Shown piece after piece: positions 39,048 through 48,869 of a stretch of DNA of 64,000 bases (position 1 is the first letter of the stretch; each line of letters opens with the position of its first letter). The translations under genes and the position numbers were made by a program. Origin of the DNA: an uncultured Spirochaetota bacterium (lineage in GTDB: Bacteria; Spirochaetota; Spirochaetia; SZUA-6; Fen-1364); assembly GCA_963845535.1 (NCBI GenBank), contig CAWJSK010000012.1, positions 288,001-352,000 on the forward strand, in the 5' to 3' direction. The notes beneath the pieces are model-generated. The model had not been told where the DNA came from. It searched no databases and was given only the letters and a program-made list of their open reading frames with translations.

Positions 39048-40241
39048 TCAGAAACTGACTTGCACTTCCACGCCATATTGGAAGTCGGGGCCGGGCCACG
39101 CGGCGCCGCTTCGGATGTCGCCGCTGAAATACCGACCGTAGACCACGAGGTTCGCGTTCTGCACCACGTTGTACGTGAACTGGAGCGTGGGGAGGACAAC
39201 AGACGCGGAGACGTCCCAGATCACGCTTCCCGAAAGCCCCGCCAGGTCCGTGAGCTGCCAGCGCGCCATGAAATAAAGGTAGTGCTGATTCAGGAAAAGG
39301 GCCGGTGCGCTGGCAAGGTCAACCGTGCCGAGTGAGCCGGGGACCGCCGGGTTGCCGTTGTAGTAATACTCCACCGTGAAAAAGTAGGTCTTCTCCATGG
39401 AGTAGTCCGCCCCAAGCATCCCTTCGAAGTACGTCGACCACGGGGAGTACAGGAAGTGCTCGACCGCCTCCCCGTAGACGCCCAGCTCGACGTCTCCCTT
39501 GAAATACGCGCCTGCCAGGACTTCATTACTCGCTCCCCTGTACATCCCCACCCCGGCGACGTCGAAATCGAACACGTTGCTGTAAACCTTCAACGCGGAG
39601 GTGAGCGCGCTGAAGCTGCCGGCAATCGTGCTCACCGCTTCCAGCCCTGAGACGTCGTTGAATTGGGCGTCAATCCTTGCAACGTCGCTTCCCGTGCGCA
39701 CGTAATTCAGGTCCGAGAGCAGGGGAACCGTGAATGCATCGATTGGTGAAAAGAGAGTCCCCACGCCGAAATTGATGATCTGCCGTCCCAGCGAAATATC
39801 CGCAAGAGACGTGAAAACATCGAGGTACAGCTTGCGAAGCTCCACAGTCACCGTGGCCGCTCCGGGCGCGGAGGCCATGAAGAGTCCCGTCGAAAGGGCT
39901 TCACTGGCCGCAAGGGGGGCATACGCGCCGGTCCAGACAGTGACGATCCCGGTGCCTTCGACCTTGGCGAACTGCTTGTTTCTATTCACCACGTTGACGG
40001 TGAATTGGGAAAAGCCGCCGGGAGTAATCCCCGCTGGGCTCTCGAAGCTGGTCTGAAGCGCGGAGGCATCCGCAAGGAGCGAACCGCTCACGTCCAGCCC
40101 TCCGGTTGCCTGCGCCGTTGTCTGCGCGGCTCCCTGCCCGGTCCCTTGCGCCGCCTCTTGCGCGGCTGCGCTTCCCGCAACGCATGCAACAAGCAAAGCC
40201 ACCACGGCGGAGGTCCGCATGAGCCGGGACACCGCGCTCAT
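39048..40241 (-). CDS. Putative outer-membrane beta-barrel (porin-like)
   Basis: Signal peptide; LYLD..DISLGRQIINFG; C-terminal YGVEVQVSF. Confidence 0.78.
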   Translation of the reverse strand: MSAVSRLMRTSAVVALLVACVAGSAAAQEAAQGTGQGAAQTTAQATGGLDVSGSLLADASALQTSFESPAGITPGGFSQFTVNVVNRNKQFAKVEGTGIVTVWTGAYAPLAASEALSTGLFMASAPGAATVTVELRKLYLDVFTSLADISLGRQIINFGVGTLFSPIDAFTVPLLSDLNYVRTGSDVARIDAQFNDVSGLEAVSTIAGSFSALTSALKVYSNVFDFDVAGVGMYRGASNEVLAGAYFKGDVELGVYGEAVEHFLYSPWSTYFEGMLGADYSMEKTYFFTVEYYYNGNPAVPGSLGTVDLASAPALFLNQHYLYFMARWQLTDLAGLSGSVIWDVSASVVLPTLQFTYNVVQNANLVVYGRYFSGDIRSGAAWPGPDFQYGVEVQVSF

Positions 40242-40999
40242 CTTCCCAGGTTCCGCAGACTGAAGATAGATTCGCTCACCGGCGCGTCGAGGCGCACGTC
40301 CCTCATGATGAACTGCGTGCGGGAGCCCTGCTTGAGTTGGTCGGAAATCTCCTCCTTGACCGGGAAGAAGCGGTCACCGATCTGCTGGACCTCCAGGACC
40401 CGGCTCACCTTGAGGAGCTTCCCGCTCTTGGCGTACATCTCCTGCTTGAGCGCCACGAACCGCTCCTCATCCACCCACATCTTGCGCGTCTCATACTGCA
40501 CGTCCTTGACCGTGGCGTTGAGAGTCAGCACGTAGCATGGCCGGCCATCCACCGCCTCCTCTCCGCTCACGGTGACGGAGTATTTCTTGAACAGGTCATC
40601 ACTCTCCAGGGCATCCTGGTAGGAGACGTCGCTTCCCATCATCCCTTCCTTCAGCATGTGCCCCGATATCTTCACCGTGTCCTGCTCTGACGGGAAATAG
40701 ATCCACAGGTTCTTGTCGATCTTGAGGAACTTCGTCCCCTTGTCCTCGGGGTTCGTGAACTCGGCAATCGCTTTGCTCGTCCCCATGGCAGTCGCCCTCA
40801 TTTCCTTGGTCCGCACGGTGTCTCCAGAGTAGATGGCGAGAGTCCCGTCGTATTCGATGGTCCGATACGCCGTGTTGGCGTCCATCTTCTTGAGAATTTC
40901 ATCGCCCGACAGGCTGACGGGAGCCGCTGAGCATGCCCCCGTGCCTGCCGCAAAAATCAGCGCTGCCGTGAATATCGTGCGCAGTGTTTGTGCTTTCAT
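40238..40999 (-). CDS. Outer-membrane lipoprotein-sorting (LolA-like) protein
   Basis: FTNPEDKGTKFL, LWIYFP, MMGSDVSYQD, SIFSLRNL. Confidence 0.9.
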   Translation of the reverse strand: MKAQTLRTIFTAALIFAAGTGACSAAPVSLSGDEILKKMDANTAYRTIEYDGTLAIYSGDTVRTKEMRATAMGTSKAIAEFTNPEDKGTKFLKIDKNLWIYFPSEQDTVKISGHMLKEGMMGSDVSYQDALESDDLFKKYSVTVSGEEAVDGRPCYVLTLNATVKDVQYETRKMWVDEERFVALKQEMYAKSGKLLKVSRVLEVQQIGDRFFPVKEEISDQLKQGSRTQFIMRDVRLDAPVSESIFSLRNLGR

Positions 41000-41090
41000 A
41001 GGTCGCCCTTTCTCTGGCCAGGGCGCTTTCCGCGCATCCCGAGACTGCGGGGTACCGCAGTGGGGCTCGGCGCCCTTTCGCCTTCCATGG

Positions 41091-42329
41091 CTATACGCTC
41101 TTGATGGCGTCAACCGCATTCATGCGGGCGGCGCGCAGGGACGGGATGATCGAGACAAGGCCCGACATCACGCATCCCAGGAGGACAATGCCGACCGCAA
41201 CAGGAATGTCCAGGGTCCAATACAGGACGTTGTCCACTGGAAACTCCAGGGATTGCATGTAGCTGGAGAAATCCACGCCTCTGAAATGGAGCAGGACTTC
41301 CAGCGCGAACCCCAGCCCCCCGCCAATGAGGCTGCCCCATAATCCAAGGAAAACACCTTCCCAAAGGAACAGCAGGAGCACTTCCGCGTTGGCAAACCCC
41401 ATGGACTTCAGGATCCCGATCTCCTTCCTTCTCTCCAGCACGACCATGGTCATGATGTTCGTGATGATGAAAGCGCCCAAGAACAGGACAATCACAAACA
41501 GGACGTTGAAGATCTTTTCTTCCAGCCGGATAAGGCGTCCATAATCTCCGACAGCCGTCCACGGCGTAACCGCCAGGGTTGGATCTTTCAGAAGGGCGCT
41601 GATCCGGGAAGCCACGCGCGCCGCACGGTGATAGTCGTTCAGCATGATGATGATGGACTGGGTGCCGCCTTCCGTGCGCAGAAACGCCTTGGCGTCAGTG
41701 ACAGGCACCTGGAATATCTTGTTGTCCAGCGTGGCCACCCCCGTCCGGAAGATCCCGACAATGTGAAATTTCTTCAGCTGCAGAGACCCGTCGCTTGCCT
41801 GGCTGACAACCTTCAGACTGTCTCCAACGGCCAGTTTCAAGCCATCCGCAAGGCCGCTGCCAATGATGGTCTGCCCCGGCCCGTCGATATAGCGGCCGCC
41901 AGGGAGCAGGGAGCGCTGGAGGTAGAGGAGCTTCTCTTCCGTGACGGGGTCGCCTGCCAGGGCCATCGCATTCTTGTTGTACCCCTTGTTTTCCAGCAAA
42001 ACGCCGAAGCTGATCCGCTCCGTCATGAGCGTGATTTCGTCCGCAATGGCGGGGGAAGACTGGATCCGGGATTCAATATCCGCTGGATTCGGGACCATTG
42101 AATCAACGGGCAGCAGCTCTGATCGATCGGCAAAATCCTTCGTCGTGATACGGATGTGCCCGGTCTCGTTTTTCGTGAAGTTCTTCACGAGGGACTCCTG
42201 GAAGGCGCCCAGGAACCCCTGGAGGAATAGACACAGGAGACACGCCATGGCAACCGAGATGAGCGCCAGCGTTGACCTGCGCTTGTTGCGCCAGAGGTTG
42301 CGCATGGCCATTCTGATGAGATATCCCAC
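41091..42329 (-). CDS. ABC transporter permease, LolC/E-FtsX family
   Basis: RNLWRNKRRS, ERRKEIGILKSMG, PSLRAARMNAVDAI. Confidence 0.92.
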   Translation of the reverse strand: MGYLIRMAMRNLWRNKRRSTLALISVAMACLLCLFLQGFLGAFQESLVKNFTKNETGHIRITTKDFADRSELLPVDSMVPNPADIESRIQSSPAIADEITLMTERISFGVLLENKGYNKNAMALAGDPVTEEKLLYLQRSLLPGGRYIDGPGQTIIGSGLADGLKLAVGDSLKVVSQASDGSLQLKKFHIVGIFRTGVATLDNKIFQVPVTDAKAFLRTEGGTQSIIIMLNDYHRAARVASRISALLKDPTLAVTPWTAVGDYGRLIRLEEKIFNVLFVIVLFLGAFIITNIMTMVVLERRKEIGILKSMGFANAEVLLLFLWEGVFLGLWGSLIGGGLGFALEVLLHFRGVDFSSYMQSLEFPVDNVLYWTLDIPVAVGIVLLGCVMSGLVSIIPSLRAARMNAVDAIKSV

Positions 42330-42341
42330 AGCTTCCCCCTT

Positions 42342-43667
42342 TCACACGAACCGCAGCGCGGAGGTGGCGCTCATGCGGGCCGCGGCGCGCGCCGGGATGG
42401 CCGCGGCAAGAACGGCTAAGACCAACCCGAATATCACGGCGAAGATGACGGATCCCGGGTTCCACTCTCCCCGCAGCGTCCCCCAGAACGCGAACCCGCC
42501 GCCGACGTCTCCGAACTTCTGCAGGGAGAAGCCCACGAAGATGGTGTAGCAGTCGATGAGGACTCCCAGCGCCGCGCCAAGGAAGCTTCCCAGGCAGCCG
42601 ACAAAGAACCCCTCGAAGATGAACATCCACACCACTTCCCTGCCGCGGAATCCCAGGGCCTTCAGGACGCCGACCTCCCTGATCCGTTCATACACGCTCA
42701 TGAGGACGGTGTTGACAATTCCGACGGCCGAGAGCAGGAGAATGAACAGCATGATGACGTATCCCCAGATGCGCTTCTGCTTGAGCACCGTGAGGAAGCC
42801 CTTGTTCAGGTCTTGGAAGGAGTACGGGGCAAGGGACGGGAAGGCGGCCGTGACGCTTGCGGCCAGCGAAGCGGCGTCCGCAAGGGTGTCGGAGAGGTTC
42901 ACGCGGTGCTGAAGGCGCACATCCATTTCGGTCACCAGGCCGCCCGTAGACATGGACGTCGGAGGGCGGCCCTGGCCAGGGACGGCCACGGGGCCGCCCG
43001 TAGACCCGGGCTCGCCGAGGTCCAGGAAGTCATTGGCCGCGCTGTAGGTGATCAGGACGGTGCTCTTGTTGAGAGTCGGATCACTGGTGGAAAGCAGCCC
43101 CACGATGGTGAAGTCATCCGCGTTCTGCGCTTCGTACCGTGTGGAAGCGGCAATCAGGACGGTGTCACCGATCTTCAGCCCCAGCCTGTCTGCCAGACCC
43201 TTGCCCAGGATGATCTGCCTGTCCGAGCCGGCCTGGGGAGTGAAGTAGCTCCCGATCAGCACGTCCTTCAAGGCGAACACCTGGGGGTCCGTTGCCGGAT
43301 CCACGGCGGTGCCAATGACGTAGGTGGTGTCATGGTAGTTGCCGGCCTGGGCAAGGAACTGTGTCCGCGCCGTCACGGCAACCACGCGCTTGTCTTTTTT
43401 CAGCCAGGCCGCGAGCGCCCCGGTGTCCGCAATGCCCTTGTCCAGCGGGTAGGACTCCCTGTCCGCGTCGTAAGCGGCCGAATAGATTTTCACCGAGGAG
43501 TCCCGATAATTGATCAGGTCATCCACCGACAGCCGGTCAAGGCCGTTGTACAGGGAGTCCAGGGCGATAAAGAATCCGATGCCGACCATCATCGTGATTG
43601 CCGTGATCAGGGCACGCCGCCTGTGCCGGAGGACGTTTCGAAGAGCTATCCTGAAAACGGTATTCAT
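42342..43667 (-). CDS. ABC transporter permease, LolC/E-FtsX family
   Basis: RNVLRHRRR, ERIREVGVLKALG, PARAAARM. Confidence 0.92.
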   Translation of the reverse strand: MNTVFRIALRNVLRHRRRALITAITMMVGIGFFIALDSLYNGLDRLSVDDLINYRDSSVKIYSAAYDADRESYPLDKGIADTGALAAWLKKDKRVVAVTARTQFLAQAGNYHDTTYVIGTAVDPATDPQVFALKDVLIGSYFTPQAGSDRQIILGKGLADRLGLKIGDTVLIAASTRYEAQNADDFTIVGLLSTSDPTLNKSTVLITYSAANDFLDLGEPGSTGGPVAVPGQGRPPTSMSTGGLVTEMDVRLQHRVNLSDTLADAASLAASVTAAFPSLAPYSFQDLNKGFLTVLKQKRIWGYVIMLFILLLSAVGIVNTVLMSVYERIREVGVLKALGFRGREVVWMFIFEGFFVGCLGSFLGAALGVLIDCYTIFVGFSLQKFGDVGGGFAFWGTLRGEWNPGSVIFAVIFGLVLAVLAAAIPARAAARMSATSALRFV

Positions 43668-44374
43668 GCCGCTTCCTTTCGGTCTTCATGGACCAGCCCG
43701 TCGTGGAGGACAATCACGCGCCGGGCGTGCTTCTGCACCATGGCGTCATGCGTGGAAAAGATGAACGTGGTCCGGCGCTCACGGTTCATGTTCTCCATGA
43801 GAGACATGACCTCCTCAGCGGTATGAGAGTCGAGGTTGGCAGTGGGCTCGTCCGCAAGGACCACGATGGGGTTCTTCACGAGGGCGCGCGCAACGGCAAC
43901 CCTTTGCTCCTGGCCGCCGGAGAGCTCCCGGGGATAACGGTCAGCCATCTCCCCAAGGCCGACGGCCTGGATGATCTCACGAGCCTTGCTCCTCATCTCG
44001 CCGTGGGAGAAGCGGCGCTCGATCACCATGGGAAGCTCCACGTTCTCCATCACGGTGAGGACGGGAATGAGGTTATAGGACTGGAAGACGAAGGAGATGT
44101 TTTCCTTGCGATAGACGGAAAGCTCCGTCTCCGTCATTCGGCCAAGCTCCTTCCCGTCGTAGAGCACGCTGCCGCTCGTAGGGAGGTCCAGGCATCCAAC
44201 GATGTTCAGCAGCGTGGTTTTTCCGCTCCCCGACGGGCCAACGATGGCCAGGAACTCCCCTTTCTGAATGGTGAGGTCGATCCCGCGGAGCGCCTCGACG
44301 CTGCGCTGCGCCTTCACGTACGACTTGCGGACCCCTTCGAGCTTGAGGATGGTTTCCATGACAGCCATTTCCAT
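43664..44374 (-). CDS. ABC transporter ATP-binding protein (LolD-like)
   Basis: GPSGSGKTT, LSGGQEQRV, LADEPTANLD, FSTHD. Confidence 0.94.
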   Translation of the reverse strand: MEMAVMETILKLEGVRKSYVKAQRSVEALRGIDLTIQKGEFLAIVGPSGSGKTTLLNIVGCLDLPTSGSVLYDGKELGRMTETELSVYRKENISFVFQSYNLIPVLTVMENVELPMVIERRFSHGEMRSKAREIIQAVGLGEMADRYPRELSGGQEQRVAVARALVKNPIVVLADEPTANLDSHTAEEVMSLMENMNRERRTTFIFSTHDAMVQKHARRVIVLHDGLVHEDRKEAA

Positions 44375-44713
44375 TCAGTCCTTTCTCCCCGAGCGAGGCT
44401 TGAGCTTGCCCAGGAGAAGCTCCATCTCCCTCAGGTATTCGTTGAGCGCCCTCGCCCCTTTTGCGGTCAGGCTGACGCTCGTGTTGGGCCTGTTCTCGAC
44501 GAAACTCTTTGCGATCTTCACGTATCCGGCTCCCTCCAGCGTCCGAAGCTGGATAGAGAGGTTCCCGGCCGTCAGCTCCAGCTTCTCCCGCAGCTCCGGA
44601 AAGCTCACCGAGGGGCTCGTGCTGGAGGATAGGTACGCAAGGATGATCAGCCGCGCCCGCTCGTGGATAATCTTGTCCAGCCGCGGCCGACGAGACCCCT
44701 CCTCCTCACCCAT
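44375..44713 (-). CDS. Winged-helix transcriptional regulator (HTH_34/MarR-like)
   Basis: LDKIIHERARLIIL..F.EL...LELTAGNLS..L..LE.AGYV..LT.KG. Confidence 0.9.
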   Translation of the reverse strand: MGEEEGSRRPRLDKIIHERARLIILAYLSSSTSPSVSFPELREKLELTAGNLSIQLRTLEGAGYVKIAKSFVENRPNTSVSLTAKGARALNEYLREMELLLGKLKPRSGRKD

Positions 44714-45374
44714 CGCTTTCCCTTCCCCTGATCAACTGCGAGACAACCGCGTACGCAACGCTTCCTCCTCCCAAACAGATGGCCGTCCACAGGGAAGCAG
44801 ATATCCCCGGCACGAAAAAGCTCAGCGCGGCGGTGGCGAGGTACCAGTACCCCAGCACGTAGAACTCCACGAGGTGGGCCGCAAACGCGATCAGGTTGAC
44901 CGTCAAGCCGATCCACAACCCCCACGTACCGACGATGTAGAACGAGAGACCAGCCGCGGAAAGATAGATCGTTACGCCGAGGGCAATGAGGCAAAAAGGG
45001 ATGTAGAGATGCATGAACTCCCCGATGTCATGGTCCCCCAGGAGCGACAGGAAAGTGAGATTGCGGTCTATCTTTTTTATGGTGCGGAGCACTCCCCGTA
45101 CACGGAAAGCGTACAGCGTGGCACCCAACGCTGCGGCAACGATCCAGAACACGGCCCGCAGGGACGCCGGGATGGTCCCATATCCTCCGTAACGCAGGAC
45201 GAGGAAATGCATGGTCACGGAGAACACGGCAACTGCCACCCCGAAGATCAGGAGCAGCCACCAGTAGAACCTGGCCGTCACGATTTCCCGCAGCACCGGG
45301 CTGTTTCGCTTCACGGCCGCTTTGATCTCCTGAAGGTCGCGCATCAGGCGCGCTATTCTCTGCCTGTCCCGCAT
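44706..45374 (-). CDS. Hypothetical multi-pass membrane protein
   Basis: About six hydrophobic segments; first gene of the operon, paired with the winged-helix regulator. Confidence 0.8.
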   Translation of the reverse strand: MRDRQRIARLMRDLQEIKAAVKRNSPVLREIVTARFYWWLLLIFGVAVAVFSVTMHFLVLRYGGYGTIPASLRAVFWIVAAALGATLYAFRVRGVLRTIKKIDRNLTFLSLLGDHDIGEFMHLYIPFCLIALGVTIYLSAAGLSFYIVGTWGLWIGLTVNLIAFAAHLVEFYVLGYWYLATAALSFFVPGISASLWTAICLGGGSVAYAVVSQLIRGRESDG

Positions 45375-45394
45375 GACTGCCTTCCTTTCAGTTT

Positions 45395-45445
45395 CATAAA
45401 CTAGTTTATGGTATAAACCTATCAGGCAAACAAACTGAGTGTCAA
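45395..45445 (-). promoter_or_regulatory. Promoter with palindromic operators
   Basis: TTGACA at 45445-45440; perfect palindrome CATAAACTAGTTTATG (45395-45410) and GTTTAT-N3-ATAAAC (45404-45418). Confidence 0.6.
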
Positions 45446-45537
45446 GTCAGGAAAGCGCTCAGAAATACGCGAGTGCGCGCAGGGCGAACGAGCTGGCCAT
45501 ATCGTCGGGCCGGCCGCATGAGCGCGATGAGCCGAGG

Positions 45538-46875
45538 CTACGTGCTCGCGATTCTCTCCAGGCTCGAGCCCTTCGTTTCCTCTCCCATGATCACGACGAT
45601 TGCCGAGACAACCAGGAAGATGGCGGCGAACATGGCGAAAATCGTGCCGACCCCCGCGCCCCAGGACGGCAGGAGCAGTCCCACGATGTAGGGACCGATA
45701 ATGCCCCCAATCCGCCCGAACGCGGTTGCAGAGCCGGCGCCGCTTGAACGGATGCGTGTGGGGTACAGCTCAGGGGTGTACGTATAAAGGACGCCCCAGG
45801 CACCGAGATTGAAGAAGGAGATCACGCAGCCCCAGATCAGGATTTCCGCGGGGCTGCCCGCCTGCCGGAAGAAGAACGCCCCGACGGCGCAGAGAAGGAG
45901 GTACAACGCGAGGGTCGGCTTGCGGCCCAGGCGGTCCACGAGGAACGCGGCGCTGAAATAGCCGGGGATCTGCGCCAGCGTGATGATCAACGTGTATTCG
46001 AATGTCGTCACCAGCGGGTAGGTGGCCCGAAGAAGAGACGGCAGCCACGCGAAGATTCCGTAATAGGAAAACACGATGCCAAACCAGATCAGCCAGAGCA
46101 TGATGGTGCGGCGCCGAAGTGGCTTGCTGAAAAGCTCGGGCCACCTGCCCTTTGCGGAAACCACGGGGGAGGCAGCCGCCGTGGCCCCCTGCCTCGAGCC
46201 GCCGCTCTCACCCTCCACCTGGCGCATTACGGCCTCCGCCTCCGCCGGGCGGCCTCTTTCCTCCAGGTACCGCGGAGACTCGGGAATGCTGCGGCGGAGA
46301 ATCAGCGCGTACAGCGCGGGCACCGCGCCGATGAGGAAGGCGATCCTCCATCCGTAGCGAGGAATCAAAAGGTAGCCAATGAGCGCGGCAATCACCCAGC
46401 CGTAGGCCCAGAAGCTCTCAAGGAGCACGATCATCAAGCCGCGCCGTTTCGCGGGGGAGAACTCGCTCACAAGGGTGCTGGCAACGGGAAGCTCCCCGCC
46501 GAGGCCGAGCCCCACGAGGAACCGAAGCCCGCAGAGGGCGCCGAGGCTCCCGGCAAGGGAACAGAGTCCTGTGGCAATGCTGTAGATGACGAGGGTGCTC
46601 TGGAAAAGCGGCTTCCTGCCGAAGCGGTCCGCCAGGAGTCCTGCCACCAGGGCTCCGACGAACATGCCGAGGAAACCCGCGCTGCTGATATAGCCAACCT
46701 GATAAGGATGAAGCTTCCACTCCCCGACGAGCGCGGCAAGCACGAAGCTGATGAGGCCGACGTCCATGGCGTCGAACATCCATCCCAGGCCGCTTGCAAA
46801 GAGCAGGCGGCGATGGAATGCGCCCAGCGGCCGTGCGTCGAGCCGCCCTGCAATACCTACGCCAGTCGTGGTCAT
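45538..46875 (-). CDS. MFS transporter (NiaP/aromatic acid:H+ symporter-like)
   Basis: GWMFDAMDVG, ADRFGRK, GLGGELPVA..VSEF, YTPELYPT. Confidence 0.9.
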   Translation of the reverse strand: MTTTGVGIAGRLDARPLGAFHRRLLFASGLGWMFDAMDVGLISFVLAALVGEWKLHPYQVGYISSAGFLGMFVGALVAGLLADRFGRKPLFQSTLVIYSIATGLCSLAGSLGALCGLRFLVGLGLGGELPVASTLVSEFSPAKRRGLMIVLLESFWAYGWVIAALIGYLLIPRYGWRIAFLIGAVPALYALILRRSIPESPRYLEERGRPAEAEAVMRQVEGESGGSRQGATAAASPVVSAKGRWPELFSKPLRRRTIMLWLIWFGIVFSYYGIFAWLPSLLRATYPLVTTFEYTLIITLAQIPGYFSAAFLVDRLGRKPTLALYLLLCAVGAFFFRQAGSPAEILIWGCVISFFNLGAWGVLYTYTPELYPTRIRSSGAGSATAFGRIGGIIGPYIVGLLLPSWGAGVGTIFAMFAAIFLVVSAIVVIMGEETKGSSLERIAST

Positions 46876-46957
46876 GGACACAATATGCACGCAGGCGGCT
46901 GGAGGGGCAATACCCGCCCGCTGGGACAAGGACGGTTCAGCGCTGGCGGGTCGGCGC

Positions 46958-47593
46958 CTAGTTGAACATGTCGATCACGTCCTGCTTTTTCTTGGCTTTC
47001 TCATAGCCCTTGTCCACGGCGTCCTCCTGCAGCATGTCGCTGAAGGTGATTGCCTGGTCATCGCTTAACACCAGGGAATCCCGCCCGTACACAATGAAGA
47101 ACGCCCGCAGCAGGAAAACCGGCGAGGGCTTCAGCGTCAGGAAGAAGCTCTGGTTGCCATTGTCGTCGATGCGGGAGGTGAACACGAGCGACATGTCACG
47201 GTCTCCGGCGTCGTGCCACTCTCCGTCCTGGTAGTACATCTGCTGAAGCTCGAGGGTGGAGATGGTTTTGCTGATCTCCGTCTGGTTTGCCTGGGCAATT
47301 CCCTTCCAGCTCTCGTATTTCTCCAGGGCCGCCCGCATGTCCTCCCGGGCGGGCCCGTCAAGGAGGATGGCGTAGCGAGTGGGATATCGGTAGGCCTTGT
47401 TCTGGATGGCGATGACGGAAATGCCCGGGTCATCGCTGAAAGCGAGGAACTGGATGAGGTCCTTGTCCGTCTCGATCCTGCCGTACTCCGCCTGCTGGCC
47501 GCTGGGGACGCTCTTCCAGGGCGGCATCCCGGAGCAGCCTGCCAGCCCCACGGCAAAAACAACGGCCGCGAACGCCACCAAAGGCTTTGTCAT
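46958..47593 (-). CDS. Hypothetical lipoprotein
   Basis: MTKPLVAFAAVVFAVGLAGC lipobox; SD GGAGG. Confidence 0.82.
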   Translation of the reverse strand: MTKPLVAFAAVVFAVGLAGCSGMPPWKSVPSGQQAEYGRIETDKDLIQFLAFSDDPGISVIAIQNKAYRYPTRYAILLDGPAREDMRAALEKYESWKGIAQANQTEISKTISTLELQQMYYQDGEWHDAGDRDMSLVFTSRIDDNGNQSFFLTLKPSPVFLLRAFFIVYGRDSLVLSDDQAITFSDMLQEDAVDKGYEKAKKKQDVIDMFN

Positions 47594-47651
47594 TTCTGTC
47601 CTCCGTTCCCCCAATGGAAACAACCCTGTGCCCTGAAAATGTCACCCCGTC

Positions 47652-48869
47652 CTATTCGTAGCGCAACGCGTCGATGGGATCAAGGGCGGCCGCGCGACGC
47701 GCGGGATAGAACCCGAAAACGACGCCGGTGAGGGCGGCTGAGACGAAGCCGAGGAAGACCGAGAACCCCGAGATCATCGTGGGCCACTTCCCGACTATCG
47801 ACACGAGAAAAGATATCCCAACTCCCATGCCAACGCCTATGAGCCCGCCTGCGCAGGCCATGGTGAGGGCCTCGATGAGGAACTGCAGCAGGATGTCGCG
47901 CCCTCGTCCCCCCACAGCCATGCGCAGTCCGATCTCCCGCGTCCGCTCCGTGACCGAGACGAGCATGATGTTCATGATTCCGATGCCCCCGACGATAAGC
48001 GAAACCACCGCCACGGCCGCCAGGAGGAGCGCCTGGGTCTGCACGGTTGCCGCCCTGACCGCCTGGACGTTCGCTATGTTGCGGATGGTGAAATCGTCAG
48101 GATCAGCCGGGGAGAGGTGGTGCTCAAGCCGCAGGAGCCTCTCCGTGGAGTCCACCACCCCGGCCACGGTCTCAGGGGTTGCGGCGGAAATCATGATGGT
48201 GTTGACCCATGTCTGTCCCGTGAGCCTTTCCTGGTGCGTCGTGATAGGGACGATGACGACGTCATCCTGGTCACGACCGAACCCGGTCTGCCCTTTCGAT
48301 TGGAGCACGCCGATGACCCTGAACGGAACGCTCTTGATCACGACCGTGCTGCCCACGGCTCCCCCGGCAGGAAACAGGTTGGCGGCAACCGTGCTCCCCA
48401 ACACGGCCACCTTCGCCACGCGGCTGACGTCCTGCTTCGTGAAAAACATCCCCTGGGCAACGTTCCAATTTCCAACGGAGAGCCAGTCCGGGGTCGTTCC
48501 TCCGATCACCGTGTACCAGTTGGCCGAACCGGCAACCACCTGAGCGCTGGTCTGCGAGTACGGCGCGACCCCGGCAATCTCGGGGACGTTGGTGGCAATG
48601 GCGTTGATGTCGTCCAGCTTGAGGGTGGTCCGCGAGCCGCTTCCCAGGCTCACGCCGCCGCTCGTGATGCTGCCCGGCGTGATGATGATGAGGTTGGCCC
48701 CGAGGCTTTCGATCTGTTTGAGAACTGCCGCTTGCGCCCCGGCCCCGATTGCCATGGAGGCGATGACCGCCCCCACCCCGATGATGATCCCGAGCATGGT
48801 GAGAAGTGACCGGCTGACGTTGCGCAGCAGGGCCTTCCACGCGGTCCGCATGAGAACAGCGATGCTCAT
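47652..48869 (-). CDS. MacB-type ABC permease
   Basis: [45 protein letters not shown]. Confidence 0.95.
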   Translation of the reverse strand: MSIAVLMRTAWKALLRNVSRSLLTMLGIIIGVGAVIASMAIGAGAQAAVLKQIESLGANLIIITPGSITSGGVSLGSGSRTTLKLDDINAIATNVPEIAGVAPYSQTSAQVVAGSANWYTVIGGTTPDWLSVGNWNVAQGMFFTKQDVSRVAKVAVLGSTVAANLFPAGGAVGSTVVIKSVPFRVIGVLQSKGQTGFGRDQDDVVIVPITTHQERLTGQTWVNTIMISAATPETVAGVVDSTERLLRLEHHLSPADPDDFTIRNIANVQAVRAATVQTQALLLAAVAVVSLIVGGIGIMNIMLVSVTERTREIGLRMAVGGRGRDILLQFLIEALTMACAGGLIGVGMGVGISFLVSIVGKWPTMISGFSVFLGFVSAALTGVVFGFYPARRAAALDPIDALRYE

